The notes under the pieces: generated by a model | What the model saw: the letters and a program-made list of their open reading frames with translations, nothing else | Databases searched by the model: none | What the model was told of the DNA's origin: nothing | Assembly: GCA_965644295.1 (NCBI GenBank) | Contig: CBFFRP010000407.1 | Coordinates: 122,246 to 186,245 of the forward strand | From: Paraphysomonas bandaiensis | Lineage: Eukaryota > Protista > Chrysophyceae | Reading direction: 5' to 3' | Length of the DNA: 64,000 bases | Shown here: positions 41,613 to 54,863 of the stretch, one piece after another | Position numbering within the stretch: the first letter of the stretch is position 1 | How the letters are laid out: each line of letters begins with the position of its first letter | Position numbers and translations under genes: made by a program

Positions 41613-42867
41613 ACCCATTGACGAAAAGATGACAGATGTACAGCTGTATATAGGATGATACTATCGGAGTAGGTTGGCTAAATGAGATAGGGTGATATTT
41701 GTCGTACAATCTTAGGAATTGTGCCACGGAGAAAGGCACCTCACAATAACAAACGTGGTTGTACGGTGAGCCGTACGTTGACGGATATAACATGTCTGTT
41801 GTCACAAAAGCAATGAAAAATCAAAAATTAATGTTGTGTTGCGTTATGCTGGAAGTTAGTAATCGAGCTGTCAGCTCACACGATACTCAATTAATTAAAA
41901 TTGCAACAACCATTTTCATCATAATCGCAACTTGCGATATTAATTGGTTTCGTTATCACCAATTCGAAATTATTTCTAATTTTCACTCCCCCGTATTCTA
42001 CCATAAAATCTACCTTTAACATATATATTTATCCCCATTTCGTCTCAAAAAAAGCTCTTTTTTGACCTGATATAGGCTCAGCACACACAACAACGACGAA
42101 AACCTGCAAGGTGTTGAAATAGTACGTAAGTGTGACGATGAATGCGAATAGTTATAGTTACACAATAGGCTTCTTATTGCCTTAATTTTGGCATCATCAT
42201 CACATTTATATACAATACGTTTAACCTCTGTTAGTGTGCCTGATTAAATGATGTGTGTATGATATGAGGCACACAATATCATGATTATAAGCACAATGTG
42301 ACCCAAACCCTGAATGAACTGGATGCCACTGCCTCTTTAACCACCTATTATGGCACTTAAGCTCTCCTGTAATACTATTGAAGTTGTTTTAAAGTTGGTT
42401 CTTGCCGTAACGCTAAAAAGTAGCTTTCGTAGAGCCAAATGGTAGGATATTAGAGTTAAACACTAGCTAGTTAAATTGTTTTGCTACATTAGATATGACC
42501 CATACAGCCGGTTTGCTAATAATCAGACAATCACTATGCACATCTGTCATCAATATTTTCGCATCGTTATATACAAACTTGTATAATTATTTTGCCTTGT
42601 AGTGTGAGCAAACTTTTTCCAAACCTGGGGGGAAAATTTCCAAATATTTTTATGAATTTTTTCTAGTTGAATGTACATATTTAATTATTCTTCATAATTT
42701 TTGGGTATGGTCGGGGACATTGTCCTTATTAGCATAAAAAGAAGCAAACGTTTTCTCAAACGAGAATAGTAAAGCGTGATGAATATTATCACCACAATAT
42801 AGTTTAATCATTAAATGGAAAACTAAACAAGAATAAGAATATTGAAATAGTACACCAGACATCAGAC

Positions 42868-43300
42868 TTCAACAAAGTCGGACTTGCACTTTTTTGTGGT
42901 GTTCTGGGGGATAAGTACCGGAGATATTTTCGGGAAACTAACGTGAGCCACATTTTTTGTAGCCAACTGATAGCGTTCTGCCCGCTCATAGCCAAATGCT
43001 TGTGTGGTACGAGGGACACAAACAGTGCTACTTGACGAAAAAAATGGCGACCAGGAATGGGTCCACCTCATGAGCATCCGGGACTGGGCCCACCTCAAGG
43101 GCATTTGGGGTTGAGCTGCCCGCTGAAGTCGGGTATTTGGAATGAGTGCACCTTAAGGACTCAGAAATCCTGAAGTTAGCAGATGTCAGGTATATCAACT
43201 TTTGCTTTCTCACTGCGTTTGAGTGATAGAGCGAAAGTGGCTGCACATTGAGCTTGCGGAAATGCACAGATAGTTCTCGTAGCTCTTAATAGTAGAATGT
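42868..43300 (+). mobile_element. Degenerate SINE-like copy
   Basis: TTCAACAAAGTCGGACTTGCAC...GTTCTGGGGGATAAGTACCGGAG...GGAAACTAACGTGAGCC matches the family head. Confidence 0.8.
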
Positions 43301-43407
43301 TAGCATATAGGTTTTTATTAATTTATCACTTAGTGTAGTTCCTTGATTACACGTCTACTATTCAACATAAACAGTATACTAGAATTTGGGTTGATGGAGG
43401 ATGATAT

Positions 43408-46400
43408 ATGAAAGTCTGATTATTACATGAGTACGGTTGCGTACAGAAACTAGTTTATGTCTATAGATTAGCTAATAACTAGATTTGCTATATACTACTA
43501 GTGGCGGGCAACCGTCTCGGGACTGCTGGTGCATCGCTGCGAGCACCATGGTGCAACCGTCCCTTGTAGTGAGGTTAGTCGGGGGGTCTACCTTTGGGCA
43601 ATGTGTCTGGCGGGCCTGTGCCATGGATTATGTGGGGGGTGGGTGAGGCGAGATGTATATATGAGAGTGCAAGTCGGTGGTGGAGATGGTGCTGGTTGTT
43701 GAGGTGGGGTTTCGGCTACAAGTAAGGAGAAGTTGTTTCCGGAGTGGTTCCGCTTGCCTCTGTCGGGTCTGGTCTCTTGCAGAGAGTGTAGTTCGTGGGG
43801 TGGATGTCTCCTGGAGTAGCTGGAGTACTTTTGGTGTCGGGTGGGTATCCTGGGGCTGGCGTTGCTTTGCGTGTGTCGGGACCGGTGTTGCCGGTGCCGT
43901 GTCTACGTTGTGGTATCTGTGTCCCCTATTGCGAAGCATGCGGAGCCCTCCATCATATAGGGGGAGTAGGATAGAGGCGATGGATTTTTCTAGTGTGTGG
44001 AATTGATGTTCGAGCAGTGAGCTGGATATGTGGCGTCCGAATGCGTCGGCCATTTGTGTGGCAGTAATGTGGCCGGTCCAGTAGCGCTCAACCTGGGGGG
44101 TGGTTGGGTTCCATGCGGCTTTGGCTAGTTTGGTTATGGCGGTGTAAAACCAGGGATGGGGGAGCGTGCGTGTGCGAAGTTTGTCAAGCTTATTGTGGTG
44201 TGCTTGGTGGACATCTTCACGTATGTGAATGATGTCAGGGTGAGTGCAGGTGAGAAGCATGTGCGCCATCATGTTGTCTGTGGGGTGTGCACAGTCTGCG
44301 CATGTGGAAGCCGTTGTGCGATCATGTCCGGATTTTCCTTTGGCTCGGTTTCTACCCATTGCAAAGGATTTGTCCCATACGTATGCCGTCTCGCGTATAC
44401 GCTCTGCGAGGGGGTGTAGTGTTTGGAGGAGTTATGGGTACGGAGGGGATGGAGCTTGTGTGGGAGCCTTCTTGTTCCGCTGCGTCGTGTCCAATACTGC
44501 GGGTCTCGTTGCGTTTGTGCTGCATACATGCTATCTCGTCGGAGGGTGTATTGATGGAGGTCCCACTGGTGGTGGAGATCTGTAACAACGTCTCCTAGCA
44601 TAGGACCGAGGTCTGTGAGGAGGTGTGTATCGTATCTACGCCAGTGCCATTGACCCGTGGTGAAGAATTCTTCCAGTATGTGCGTAGCGTCAGTTGTGAC
44701 AACACTGTAGTTGGAGGCTCCGAGCACTTTGTCTAGTGTCTACCAGTCGCCGCTGGCGGCGGCGTCAGCTATATAAATGCCGTGGTCAGTGTAGGTCCAG
44801 TTGCTTTGATCTTGTGTTCTACGTTCGGGGCGCGAGCGCGTCCATTGTATTGGACGCTGTTTAAGAGCTGTGGTGACGAGGCATTCGTAAAATATTCCCT
44901 TGGGCTTTGTTCCGAGGGCGCGCCGTCTGTGTGAGAGGGCCTCTTTGGTCCGCGTCTGTACCGTCTGGCAGTCAGTCCAGATTGGCACGGAAGAGTGGAG
45001 TACATTGGAGAATGTTAGTGTTGCTGACATTGCAAGGGTTTCGTAGGTGTATGCGTTGAGGCCAGGCGCTGTGTGCTGTGGCTGGTGCCGTAAGTTGTAG
45101 GGTTTTGGTTTGTCTGTGACCGCAGGTGTTCTTCTTGGGCGGGAGCCATACAATTGCAGCAGCTCCTCCGTCGTGAGAATTGGGCTGTGTGTGGGTGTTG
45201 CCGAGTAGGTGAGCAGGGGTGAGGTGTGTGCGTGTGAAGGATCCATCCGTGAAGATGGCTTTTTGTAAGCATATTTGTGATCATTGTACAGTTGTAGCTG
45301 TGATTGGACTTTGTCAATGGTAGCTCGGAATTGTGGCGTAGCTGGGGAGGGAGGTTGTATTCTGATGCCTAAAGTAAACATTATGCAAACGTGGGAATTT
45401 TACGATATTTTGGGAAATTTAGGAGTATTTACAGTATTTAAGTAGAAAATGTTAAAGAAACAATTCTATTTGTGGTATTAGGGTTAGAGACAACAAAAAA
45501 TATTAATTTTATTATAATTTTAAGTCTCATAGGATGTAACAGAAGCGCCTTTTTGCTTACCAGCAACCACGTTATACGTTCCCCCTTGTGTGACTCCTCT
45601 CTCCGCGGAGAATCCCATGTCAGGGTGCTGGATAAAGGAGCCATCTGAGCCAAGAAGCAGTTCTTCGAGTGATCGGGGATCGATGTTGTCGGCCATGTGT
45701 GGGGTCCAGATGAAGGTGCGACCCCCATCGTCGAGGTCGCTTAGCCATTTGATAGTGTCATCGGGGACACCAAGTCTTGCCCATGCTTTGAGAAGATTGG
45801 GTGCGATGGAGTCGAAGGCCTTTTGACAGTCCCAGAAGGTGCAGAGTTTCACATGCCCGGTAAGTTTGGCCAGTTCCGTGGCCACGAGGACTCGTAGAAT
45901 GGCCGTGTCCGTGCCGTGTCGCCATCGATAGCCGTGTTGCGCAGGGTGCAGTACTTCATCTTCTTCCCATATGTGGAGGAGCCGGTGGGTGATGATACGG
46001 GTCATTGTTTTGCGCAAAACCTCTAGGAGCCCTATCGCTCGGAGGTTCTTCAGAGACGTGTGTCCTGGTTTTTTAAGAAGTGGCGTCATGACTCTGTCTC
46101 TCCACCAGCGTGGCACATGGCGATGGGTCCAGAGGGTTTGGAGGAGGCCTAAAACTTCAATCTTTATTTCAGGGGTCCATTTCTTTATCATGTTGGTGGT
46201 GACCATGGATGGCCCGGGCGCTTTATCCTTGGCCATCCCGTCCAGAGTGGAGTGGAACTCGCTTATTGTGATCTGCTGTCATAGAGCGTCTTGGATCTTT
46301 TTAGCTGTGGCGGAGGTAACCTTTGTTTTGCATAGGTTTCGTAGGCCAAGCTGGTGGTGATCGGGAATGGCGGAGTGTGGATGCCAGGGTGTGTTCATGT

Positions 46401-48170
46401 CGGCGCCAGCTGCGAGCTCGTGCCACCAGGTGTCGTCATGATGTAGCTTGTGGGCGACTGGATCAAGTCCGGATGGGATGGAGTGGTGGGCTGTGAAATG
46501 TTTGTTCTCAGCTCGTCCTGTATGTCTATGGGGAGGGTTTTAGGGTGGCTCCGTCCTCTAGGGTGAGTCGGGTGAGGGGCGGCGTCTGTTTGCGCTTCAA
46601 TCCTATTGTCTGAAGGACTTTTCCGATGTGTTGGAGTTCCAGGTGGGCTTGGATGGTGTGGGTCCTGTGGGTCATACGCTTCCGCATTTCTGTTCTTGCT
46701 CTTCCTTGGAGCATTCGGGTAAGGTTATCCCGTAGGGTGTCAAACTGTGTGCTATTGATGGTCGCAACAGTCCATGTCAAACTGTGTGCTATTGATGGTC
46801 GCAACAGTCCATGTCAGTATCTGGCGTGGATCCACGGCAGGCTTGATGATGGTGGTGGGTGGGTGGGATGGGTCCTCTGAAGCGTGGTCCAGGGCGGCTA
46901 TATGGTGACCTCCCATCGCTGGAGGCCTCTTCGTGTAAGACTGTAGAGACGTGTGTCATCTACATGAGGGTGGAGATAGCCGGCTCTGTTGAAAAACTTT
47001 CTCTTTAGGTAGATGACTAAGTGGAGCGCTGTTTGAATAACTCTCATTTCCGCAGAAAAGCCGTCTTTGAAGCGGGAACGTTTGCGTTGGCAGAGGTGGT
47101 GAATGCGTGTTTTCTTCGTTCTATCTGCGCTACGTGTGTCGTGAGCCGCGTCGATGGTGATGCGATGGATTAGTGCTATTTTAGTGGCGGCGCGGTCGGC
47201 AGGGTGTGGGTGTGCCGAGGGCTCCGGGAGGGATTGATGATGTGTGCTGAGATGCTGTTGGTATTCCTCCACCATTTCCTGATCGGCGGGATTGATGTTA
47301 AGCCTTGGCAGGATCTGAAGGTGTTGCTCCTTCGGCAGGGGGGGTCCTGTTCCACTGATGCAGAAGTCGGTCCAAACCGGTCTGTGGTCAAAGGTTGCTG
47401 CCGTGAGGGCGCCCGAGGTGTAGCACCCGTTGCCAGAAATTTGTATGTATATGTGGGAAGAGGTGTATGTAGAATGTGGTCTATTCTGGAGATTCCGCGG
47501 TCTTTCCGGAAGAAGGTGAAGTACGGGTCCTCAGTGTTTAGGGTCTGTATGAGGGGCTGTAAGTTGGAGGGATGTTGCTATTCCACGTAGGTCTCGCTTT
47601 CCAGCATGGCCCTCGAGAGAGGCATTGAAGTCACCGCCTACAAGGACTGTGTGACCGTTGGCCCTGGCTTTAACAATCCATTTTGTAAGGATGTTCGTGA
47701 GGATGGAATACGGTCGTCAGGCACCATTTTTGGGCGTCGCTTTTCCAAAGGCTCGTAGTGATGCCCACAGCGTGCACGGGACAGCAGTCGCAGGTTTAGG
47801 GGGTAGGTATGCTCCTATTATGGTGAGTCGGTCGTCGATGTCTGGTCTGCCAGTGTGAAATTCGATGCGAGATATGAGGCCGAGGCCCGTACAGTCAGAA
47901 TTGGTATATTGGATGCGCCCTTTCCATGTTTCACTTATCACCGCGAGGGCGCCCCCCATGTGTGGGTCAGTGGGTCCGAGCTTCGGTTTCGTGTTAAGAA
48001 AGCAGCATACGAGAACACCTGGGATCTGGTCCTGTATATAGTCGTCTAGGTAGGCTGCTTGTCTTTGTGAGAGCCGTACGTCTAGGAGGTAAAGGCAATC
48101 TAGACTTTGAGAGCGAAAGTAGTGGAGTATGGCCTCTATTTTTCCGGGGTTGCTGGAAGGGTTGCTACTA
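43408..48170 (-). mobile_element. LINE family B, degraded ORF2 (APE endonuclease - RT - RNase H - Zn knuckle) plus 3' UTR
   Basis: APE: LDCLYLLDVRL, IIGAYLPP, LVGGDFNA. RT: KAPGPS, LRAIGLLEVLRK, QHGYR, FWDCQKAFDSI, RGVTQG. RNase H: WTRSRPERR..IYIADAAA. Knuckle: CADC..HMLLTC. Many frameshifts. Confidence 0.93.
46738..46811. repeat. 37-bp perfect tandem duplication inside LINE-B
   Basis: TGTCAAACTGTGTGCTATTGATGGTCGCAACAGTCCA occurs twice in tandem. Confidence 0.95.
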
Positions 48171-49444
48171 CAGATAAATATTATCAGATCTTAGTTAAAC
48201 ACGATCATATACAGTTAAAGTATTTCCGTTTCTCTAATCTTATTCATATCACATCATACAACAGTCAAAATTCGAATTCCTTAAATACAGCTTTTAATTG
48301 CTTAAAAATAAGCAAACTTAACAGAAGTAGTAATCTTAATCGAACATTTATCGATTACTCACAAAATACTATTACTAAATAAAACTTTTGTACATTAGTA
48401 TTTTTTATGAAGCCATTTTTGTAGTCATACATAATAACAGAGACATTTTAAGATGAAGGGTTAATGCAGTATACGTTATTAATAAAGGCTTATTAAATAT
48501 ATTAATAGCTGTCTATGAAGGCTGTCTACTGTTTACAACAGTACATTACTGGTTAGTTGAAGTACAATTAATTATTGTTTGGTCCACCCGCTAGAACCCA
48601 AATATACTCTTATTGTCGTTAAAGTTAATCGCTAGAGTACTATACACTATCAGCACCGTCAGTACTCATACCACAACAAATACCATCCCTATCAGTTCAG
48701 TTCTATCACTGCATTGATATACATGGAAGATTGCTGCTATCGCAAAAGATAATAGTCCTCAACCACTCGTTATGAACAATCAGGCATGAGATGGCAGTGG
48801 TCATCTGCTTGCTTCCATCTATGGAATGCTGAATGGAACTAACGGGTTCTAGTGGCAGCAAGACGAGCTGAGCTAACCACATGACTAGATGTGATCTGAG
48901 CATATACACACAAGCATAAGGAGGACACACTGCAGTGTTCTGCTCGACAATTCACATACTCGAAGTTTAATAGAGCGAGATGAAGTCAACAAAGATGAAG
49001 TAAGTAAGTTGATCCAGGTAGAAAAATATATGGTATTTTGATATATAAAACCCCAAAAATACTGTTTTTCGTAAAGTCGATTACCGATTTTTTGTACAGT
49101 ATATGGTGAGTTGTGGACTGTCTCTCAACTATACAGATCAGTATACTGCTGTATATCTGTATATGTATCTATATGAGAGCAGATGAGTGCATGTGACTAT
49201 GCATTGATCGATGAGGACAGTGCACAACACATACACCAATCGAGGCCCCTGATAGGCATTATATCGTTAAAGAGTGCTGAATTGTACGATATTATTGTGT
49301 AGTCAGACTCTGGTCATTAACTTCCTTCATAGCAGATAGATTATAGCGGTGCAGAGCTGTGTTTAGAATCGAGTTAAAATTGAGTCCAAACACGAAATTT
49401 CCGAAAAGAGTGCCGCTGAGAACGCGGCTCCTCATTACGCCGTG

Positions 49445-51095
49445 ATGGTTCAGCCTCTAACTATGCTTTCCAAGTTGTTTTCTATTAAATATGGAGCACT
49501 GGCGCTGCTGGTGTTGCAAAATACGTTCCTGGTAGTGTTCATGAGATACAGTCGAACATCTGAAGGACCCTTGTACGCTTCATCGACAGCTGTTGTTATG
49601 ATGGAGGTATTTTTAATTGTATTGTCTACGTATGGATACTAAAATGCATGTGATACAGTTGTCGAAGTTTATTACATGCAATGTTGTTATCTTCGCTCAA
49701 AGTAATGGTGTGACTGACTACATCCGTCAAATGCGTGCTGAGCTGACGTACATGGAAGTACTCAAAGTATCAGTCCCGTCTCTTGTATATACAGTGCAGA
49801 ACAACCTCCTCTATTTTGCCCTAAGTCATCTCGATGCAGCGACCTATCAAGTTTGCTACCAGGTTGCCATTGTTCAGCTCCAATCAGCCCCGTCTTGTGT
49901 GTGTTGATTGTATGTTACCAGGCAAAAATATTAACCACAGCTCTATTTTCGGTGATGTTGCTTAATAAACATCTCTCTAGCTTACAGTAAGTCTGCTGTA
50001 TGTTGCCATATGCTGTCTCTTCACCAATGACTGTCAGATGGGTGTCATTGGTTATCCTGACAGCTGGAGTCTCTTTAGCCCAGCTTTCCACAATGAAGGT
50101 AAGTATGTGACAGAGTTGCGCGTAGATTTTGCTATGCTCTATGTGGTGTTACTATATGTTAGTTTGCGATTTAGTTTTTCCGTGTATCGAAGTTAGGAGA
50201 AGTACACAATATGGTGTATAATATGGACTCATGATTGCGTAGGGCTCCGCTCCTGATGTTGGCGGTGATAGAATGGGCGCTGCGGATCCACTTCACAGTA
50301 ATTCGACGCTAGGATTCATCGCTGTCATGTTAGCCGCTATCCTCTCTGGCTTTGCTGGTATGTGTTTCAGTGGGTGTTCTATGCTACTTTTTAAGGTGCC
50401 TCACGTCACTGTGTAGGAGTGTATTTCGAGCGCATTTTAAAGGGCTCAAAGACTACACTATGGATGAGAAATGTGCAGATGTGTGTGACATCTATTGCCC
50501 TTGCTCTCGGTGGAGTCTATTTCTCTGGGGTGCGTGTTGCACATGTAGTGATGCATGATTAGGGGTCACGAGTATTAAGCGATTTTGTATTGTGGTTTAT
50601 TATGTGTATATGGTGTTACTGTGCATGTGTAGGATGCGGAGCAGGTTATGAAGCATGGATTTTTCTACGGATACAATTCGTTGGTCTGGAGTGTCATTTT
50701 ACTTCAGGTACCGTACATCATGTCATCGTTACATGACCTGTCATGCAATATGCGTTCTATTATGTACTGTGCTGTACTTATGAGGAACCATGAAGGGATT
50801 CGGAGGCCTCGTGGTGGCTGTAGTCGTGAAGTACGCGGATAACATTTTGAAAGGATTCGCGGCGTCTTTCTCTATCATAACCTCCTGTGTGCTCTGCATA
50901 TACCTGTTTGATTTCAATCCTACCATGACATTTATGTCCGGAGCGGTACGTCACAGAACTATAGCGATATACTCTAGTTGTTTATACTGTTAATTGTCAC
51001 AGGTGTTGGTAAATCTATCTATGTATATGTATTCGTACAATCCCTCCAACAGCGTTACTAAGCACATGAAGACTGAGGATGATAGCAGGGTGTAG
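49445..51095 (+). CDS. SLC35A-family nucleotide-sugar transporter (UDP-Gal/UDP-GlcNAc/CMP-Sia type); multi-exon
   Basis: [92 protein letters not shown]. Confidence 0.95.
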
Positions 51096-51763
51096 ATATA
51101 GAGCGGTGAGAGATGAATTAGCCTTTAGCCGTGCGATAGACTAGTGATTGCATGATATGATTCGTTTGTTTGTCTTTCAATAGTGCTAATCCTGATATGG
51201 AACAGGAAGCTAATCTTTAATAATTGCATTTGAAGTTATATACAATACTAGAGGAGTACAGTGTTAATAGGGGAATATCTACATATGCACTGATATACAC
51301 GGCACAGTGATTGCTGATTGCAGTAACTCACACTGATACTACTCTAATCAGCGTGTGACTCGTAGTAGCATCAAGTGAACACATCACATTCACCTGACAA
51401 CCATAAACTGATAAACCCTTGTGCTTCTATGAGACTCCACTGCTTCCATCTACCATATGCATAAGTGTCAAATGGTGGACAATATCATTCTACAGTATAC
51501 CTATACACGGAACTAGAGTTCTAATTCTTGATTTTCAAACATAAAAACCATGATTTTTAAACAAAAATATCAAAATATAGTTGTATTTTGATGATTTTGA
51601 TGGTTTTCGAGTAGAATATGGTGTATTTATATATATGAATATAGATATATATGTATGTATGTTACAGTGCAGTGATGCTCACATATAGTCCCATTAAACA
51701 TGATGACACACCCTCACTAACCTCTTCCCCTTTCAATACATTATCATTCATTACACACTCATC

Positions 51764-53596
51764 ATGCCCCCTACAATCACCTCAAAGCATAACCCGAAAC
51801 TAGCTGTATGTTTCGTGCTGTTTGCAGTGCTGAGCGCCATCTTCACATCCATGACATACACTGCCAGAGAATACCTCAAATCCGGTCGAGCGATACCAGT
51901 GATTGAAATGGCGAATGATTATTTTAAAGAGGGCAATTTAAAGTATCGCATGAATGAGCACGAGGCCGCTATGCTCGCTTATCAGGATGCCCTCCGCATA
52001 TATCCAGGTGCACACAGACGTTACATGCATGCGGTAGTTTATATGGTCGTATATGTGAGTAATATTGTTGCGTAGAGTATGCGTTCGTATGGACCAATCT
52101 GGGAAGTCTTTTTTATGATATGGGAAGTATGGATGCTGCTATCGCGGCTTATTCTGAATCAATAAAACTCATGCCAACGCGGGCTAAAACCCATTTCCAG
52201 CTCGGCAAGGCGCTGCAGTATATTGATGCTCTGAATGATGCGATTAGTTGCTATTTAAGGGCCATCCAATTAAACTCACGCTTTGTTAATGCGTATTACA
52301 AACTGGGTACAGCATATCGGGATAATGGAAGTATAAAGAGTGCACTTGAATCTTTTCAATCTGTACTACATATAGATCCCTTACATGTTCCTTCACGGCT
52401 GCAGTATTGTCACATTCTACATGTCAAAGAGAACCTGAAGGCTGCGGAGTCTTGTTACAATGACGTACTTTCCATAGAGCCCAATACTGCTGATGCGTTA
52501 ATATATTTGGGGGATCTGTACAGAGACCAAAACGATTTTGATGCAGCATTGAAGTATTATGCCTTTGCTTTAGATGTGGACCCTCGCAGCGTTCCTGCAC
52601 GGTACATGTCAAGTGCTATTACAGGTAGTATGTTGTAAGCATTATATGTTCAGTTGATCCATGTTGTGGTTGTATTTATTTCAAATGACATTTTAGTGTA
52701 TCTTGTAGATGTGTCTGACTTTATCCGTATAATATTTTTATCTGTTTTGCTCTTGTATTACGGTTGAAGTAATGGCATGTACGATAGGAGGTACTGTACC
52801 CAGAGATTTGGCCATTGCTTACACCCAACAATTTTATAACACCCACGCCTATCACTATGAAAGCACGGTACTCCACCAGCAAAAATACAACCTTCATAAA
52901 CAACTTCAGCAGGAAGTCACAAACTTCATGTCCCTACAAGATTGCCTATCGTCATGTGGGGACAGTACTGGCGGGTGTCTACTAGACAATTCGATGGATA
53001 CATGTATCGATTTGCACGTTGTCGATCTGGGCTGTGGAACTGGTCTTCTCTGTGAAGCATTTCGAGATGACGTATCAACTAACCATGCTACTATGATAGG
53101 TGTAGACTTATCCTCTCGAATGCTCAACACAGCAAAGCAACGTAGCTGCTACAGCGAAATATATTTTTCTGAAGCATCTGCATTTCTCAAAGATATTGCC
53201 GGGAATGCGTTCGATGTGGCAGTAGGAGCTGACATTTTTTCATATACAACAGACCTGCAAACAGTATTCGAAGGGGTGCACAGTGCCCTTAAACCGGATG
53301 GAGTTTTCATTTTTTCGATTTATTCTGTAGATTCTGCTGCCAAGCTGATGCCCACCCCACGAGTTGGATTTTATAATCGCTCCAGATACTCGTCCACACG
53401 CAGAGATACAGAATACATCGTACTTCCCACTGGCATTGTAGCCCACAGCATTTTGTATATCAGCCAACTGGCTAATAGTAAGTTTGCACCTTTTGTGCTG
53501 GAGAAGTTAATCAATGCCACATGGATTCAAACTAAAGACAAAGAAACACCTACAGGACATGTTGTTGTTCTCCGTGCTGTGAAAGACCCTATTTGA
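51764..53596 (+). CDS. TPR-repeat plus class I SAM-dependent methyltransferase (COG4976-like) with N-terminal hydrophobic anchor; 3 exons
   Basis: Multiple TPR units, then VVDLGCGTGL, IGVDLSSRML, FDVAVGADIFSY, LKPDGVFIFS. Confidence 0.85.
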
Positions 53597-54863
53597 TATT
53601 AAAGTTCGTTTACTTTAGTTAATGTTCATAATAGTGATGTATAATGATATAAAATGAGTGATTTACGTGTACCAATACGGACTACTTCGAACATTTTTCT
53701 ACGTTCACTAAATCATTGATTGCTATGATCACCCGACAATTATAGTTTAGAAACGCTCCCATAATAATGGAATGAGCAAACTGTGGAAATGTAAGGAATC
53801 ATGTTGTAACTGAGCGTACTACGTACTAATTGACTATATGAAGATGATAACTCCAATATTACTGCGTTGTTGATAGATGTTAAGTACTAATACCCACCTA
53901 ATCTAGGCAATTGATCTTTATGGTTCATTTGATTTTACCTATAAAATGTATAAATGTATGCCCATTTTACTGTTGATAAGATATGTTGATTGACTTGCTG
54001 GTGGACTGAAACAGCGGACACCACGTAAACTCGGCAAAAGTTGGACTACTACTTAGCTCAAAGGTCCTTTAACGGAAACTTAGCTTGACTGATTATGTTG
54101 AGAAAGAATGGTGTACAAGCCTACTTGAGCATTGGAGAGAGCGATGGAGTCCTGCCCATGCTGTTATATCTTACTATATTACTGCTCTTTAGCTTTGTGT
54201 TCGCCTCCGATCTATGTTGTGTTGATTTTACTTCACCTTCTATGACCTCATGCTTCTGTAATTCGTAGCTATATGCGAGTACAATTCATGACTAGGTTAA
54301 ATACTATAATTGGCTAGGTTGAGTCATTTATTGCTTTGACTAGGTTTTTACACCAATTTTGGAGTGACTAGGAAAGTCCACCAAATTGACTAGGTTGAAT
54401 AATATATCCCCTCATACTCTCATACTCTATGTGCTATCTTGAAAGCGTGTTAAAGCAGCTGCAAGCCACTCTGGGTATGGGGTTAGCAGCAATTTTGATA
54501 GCTATATTATAAGGTTGCATGATATGAGTTGTGTGAAAACTACTACAACACGATATGTTAAAGACTAAAAGGGAATAACGTGAGAATAATTCTAGGCACG
54601 GCTATGAAGATATCGAGCGAAACATTGCTAGTTCTACATGATTCTTCATGTTATGTTTTCCTCTGTTGACAGGCCTCAATGCTATATTATACTAAACAGA
54701 AGAAGATTTTATTTTGTTGCCTCTTTCAGTTTCACAAACACTGCCTGTAACTGCTGCTTTCTTCAAGAAACTGTTCTAATTCAAAACTTCAAAAACAACA
54801 AACACATCTCTACATGTTTTCTTCCTCCCATTTATCATTTATCTTATACTACCTAGATACTAT

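Noticed and set aside
43677-47590. Plus-strand ORFs of 80-130 aa across LINE-B (and minus-strand ORFs across LINE-A)
   Set aside because: Antisense shadows of GC-richer retroelement coding sequence.
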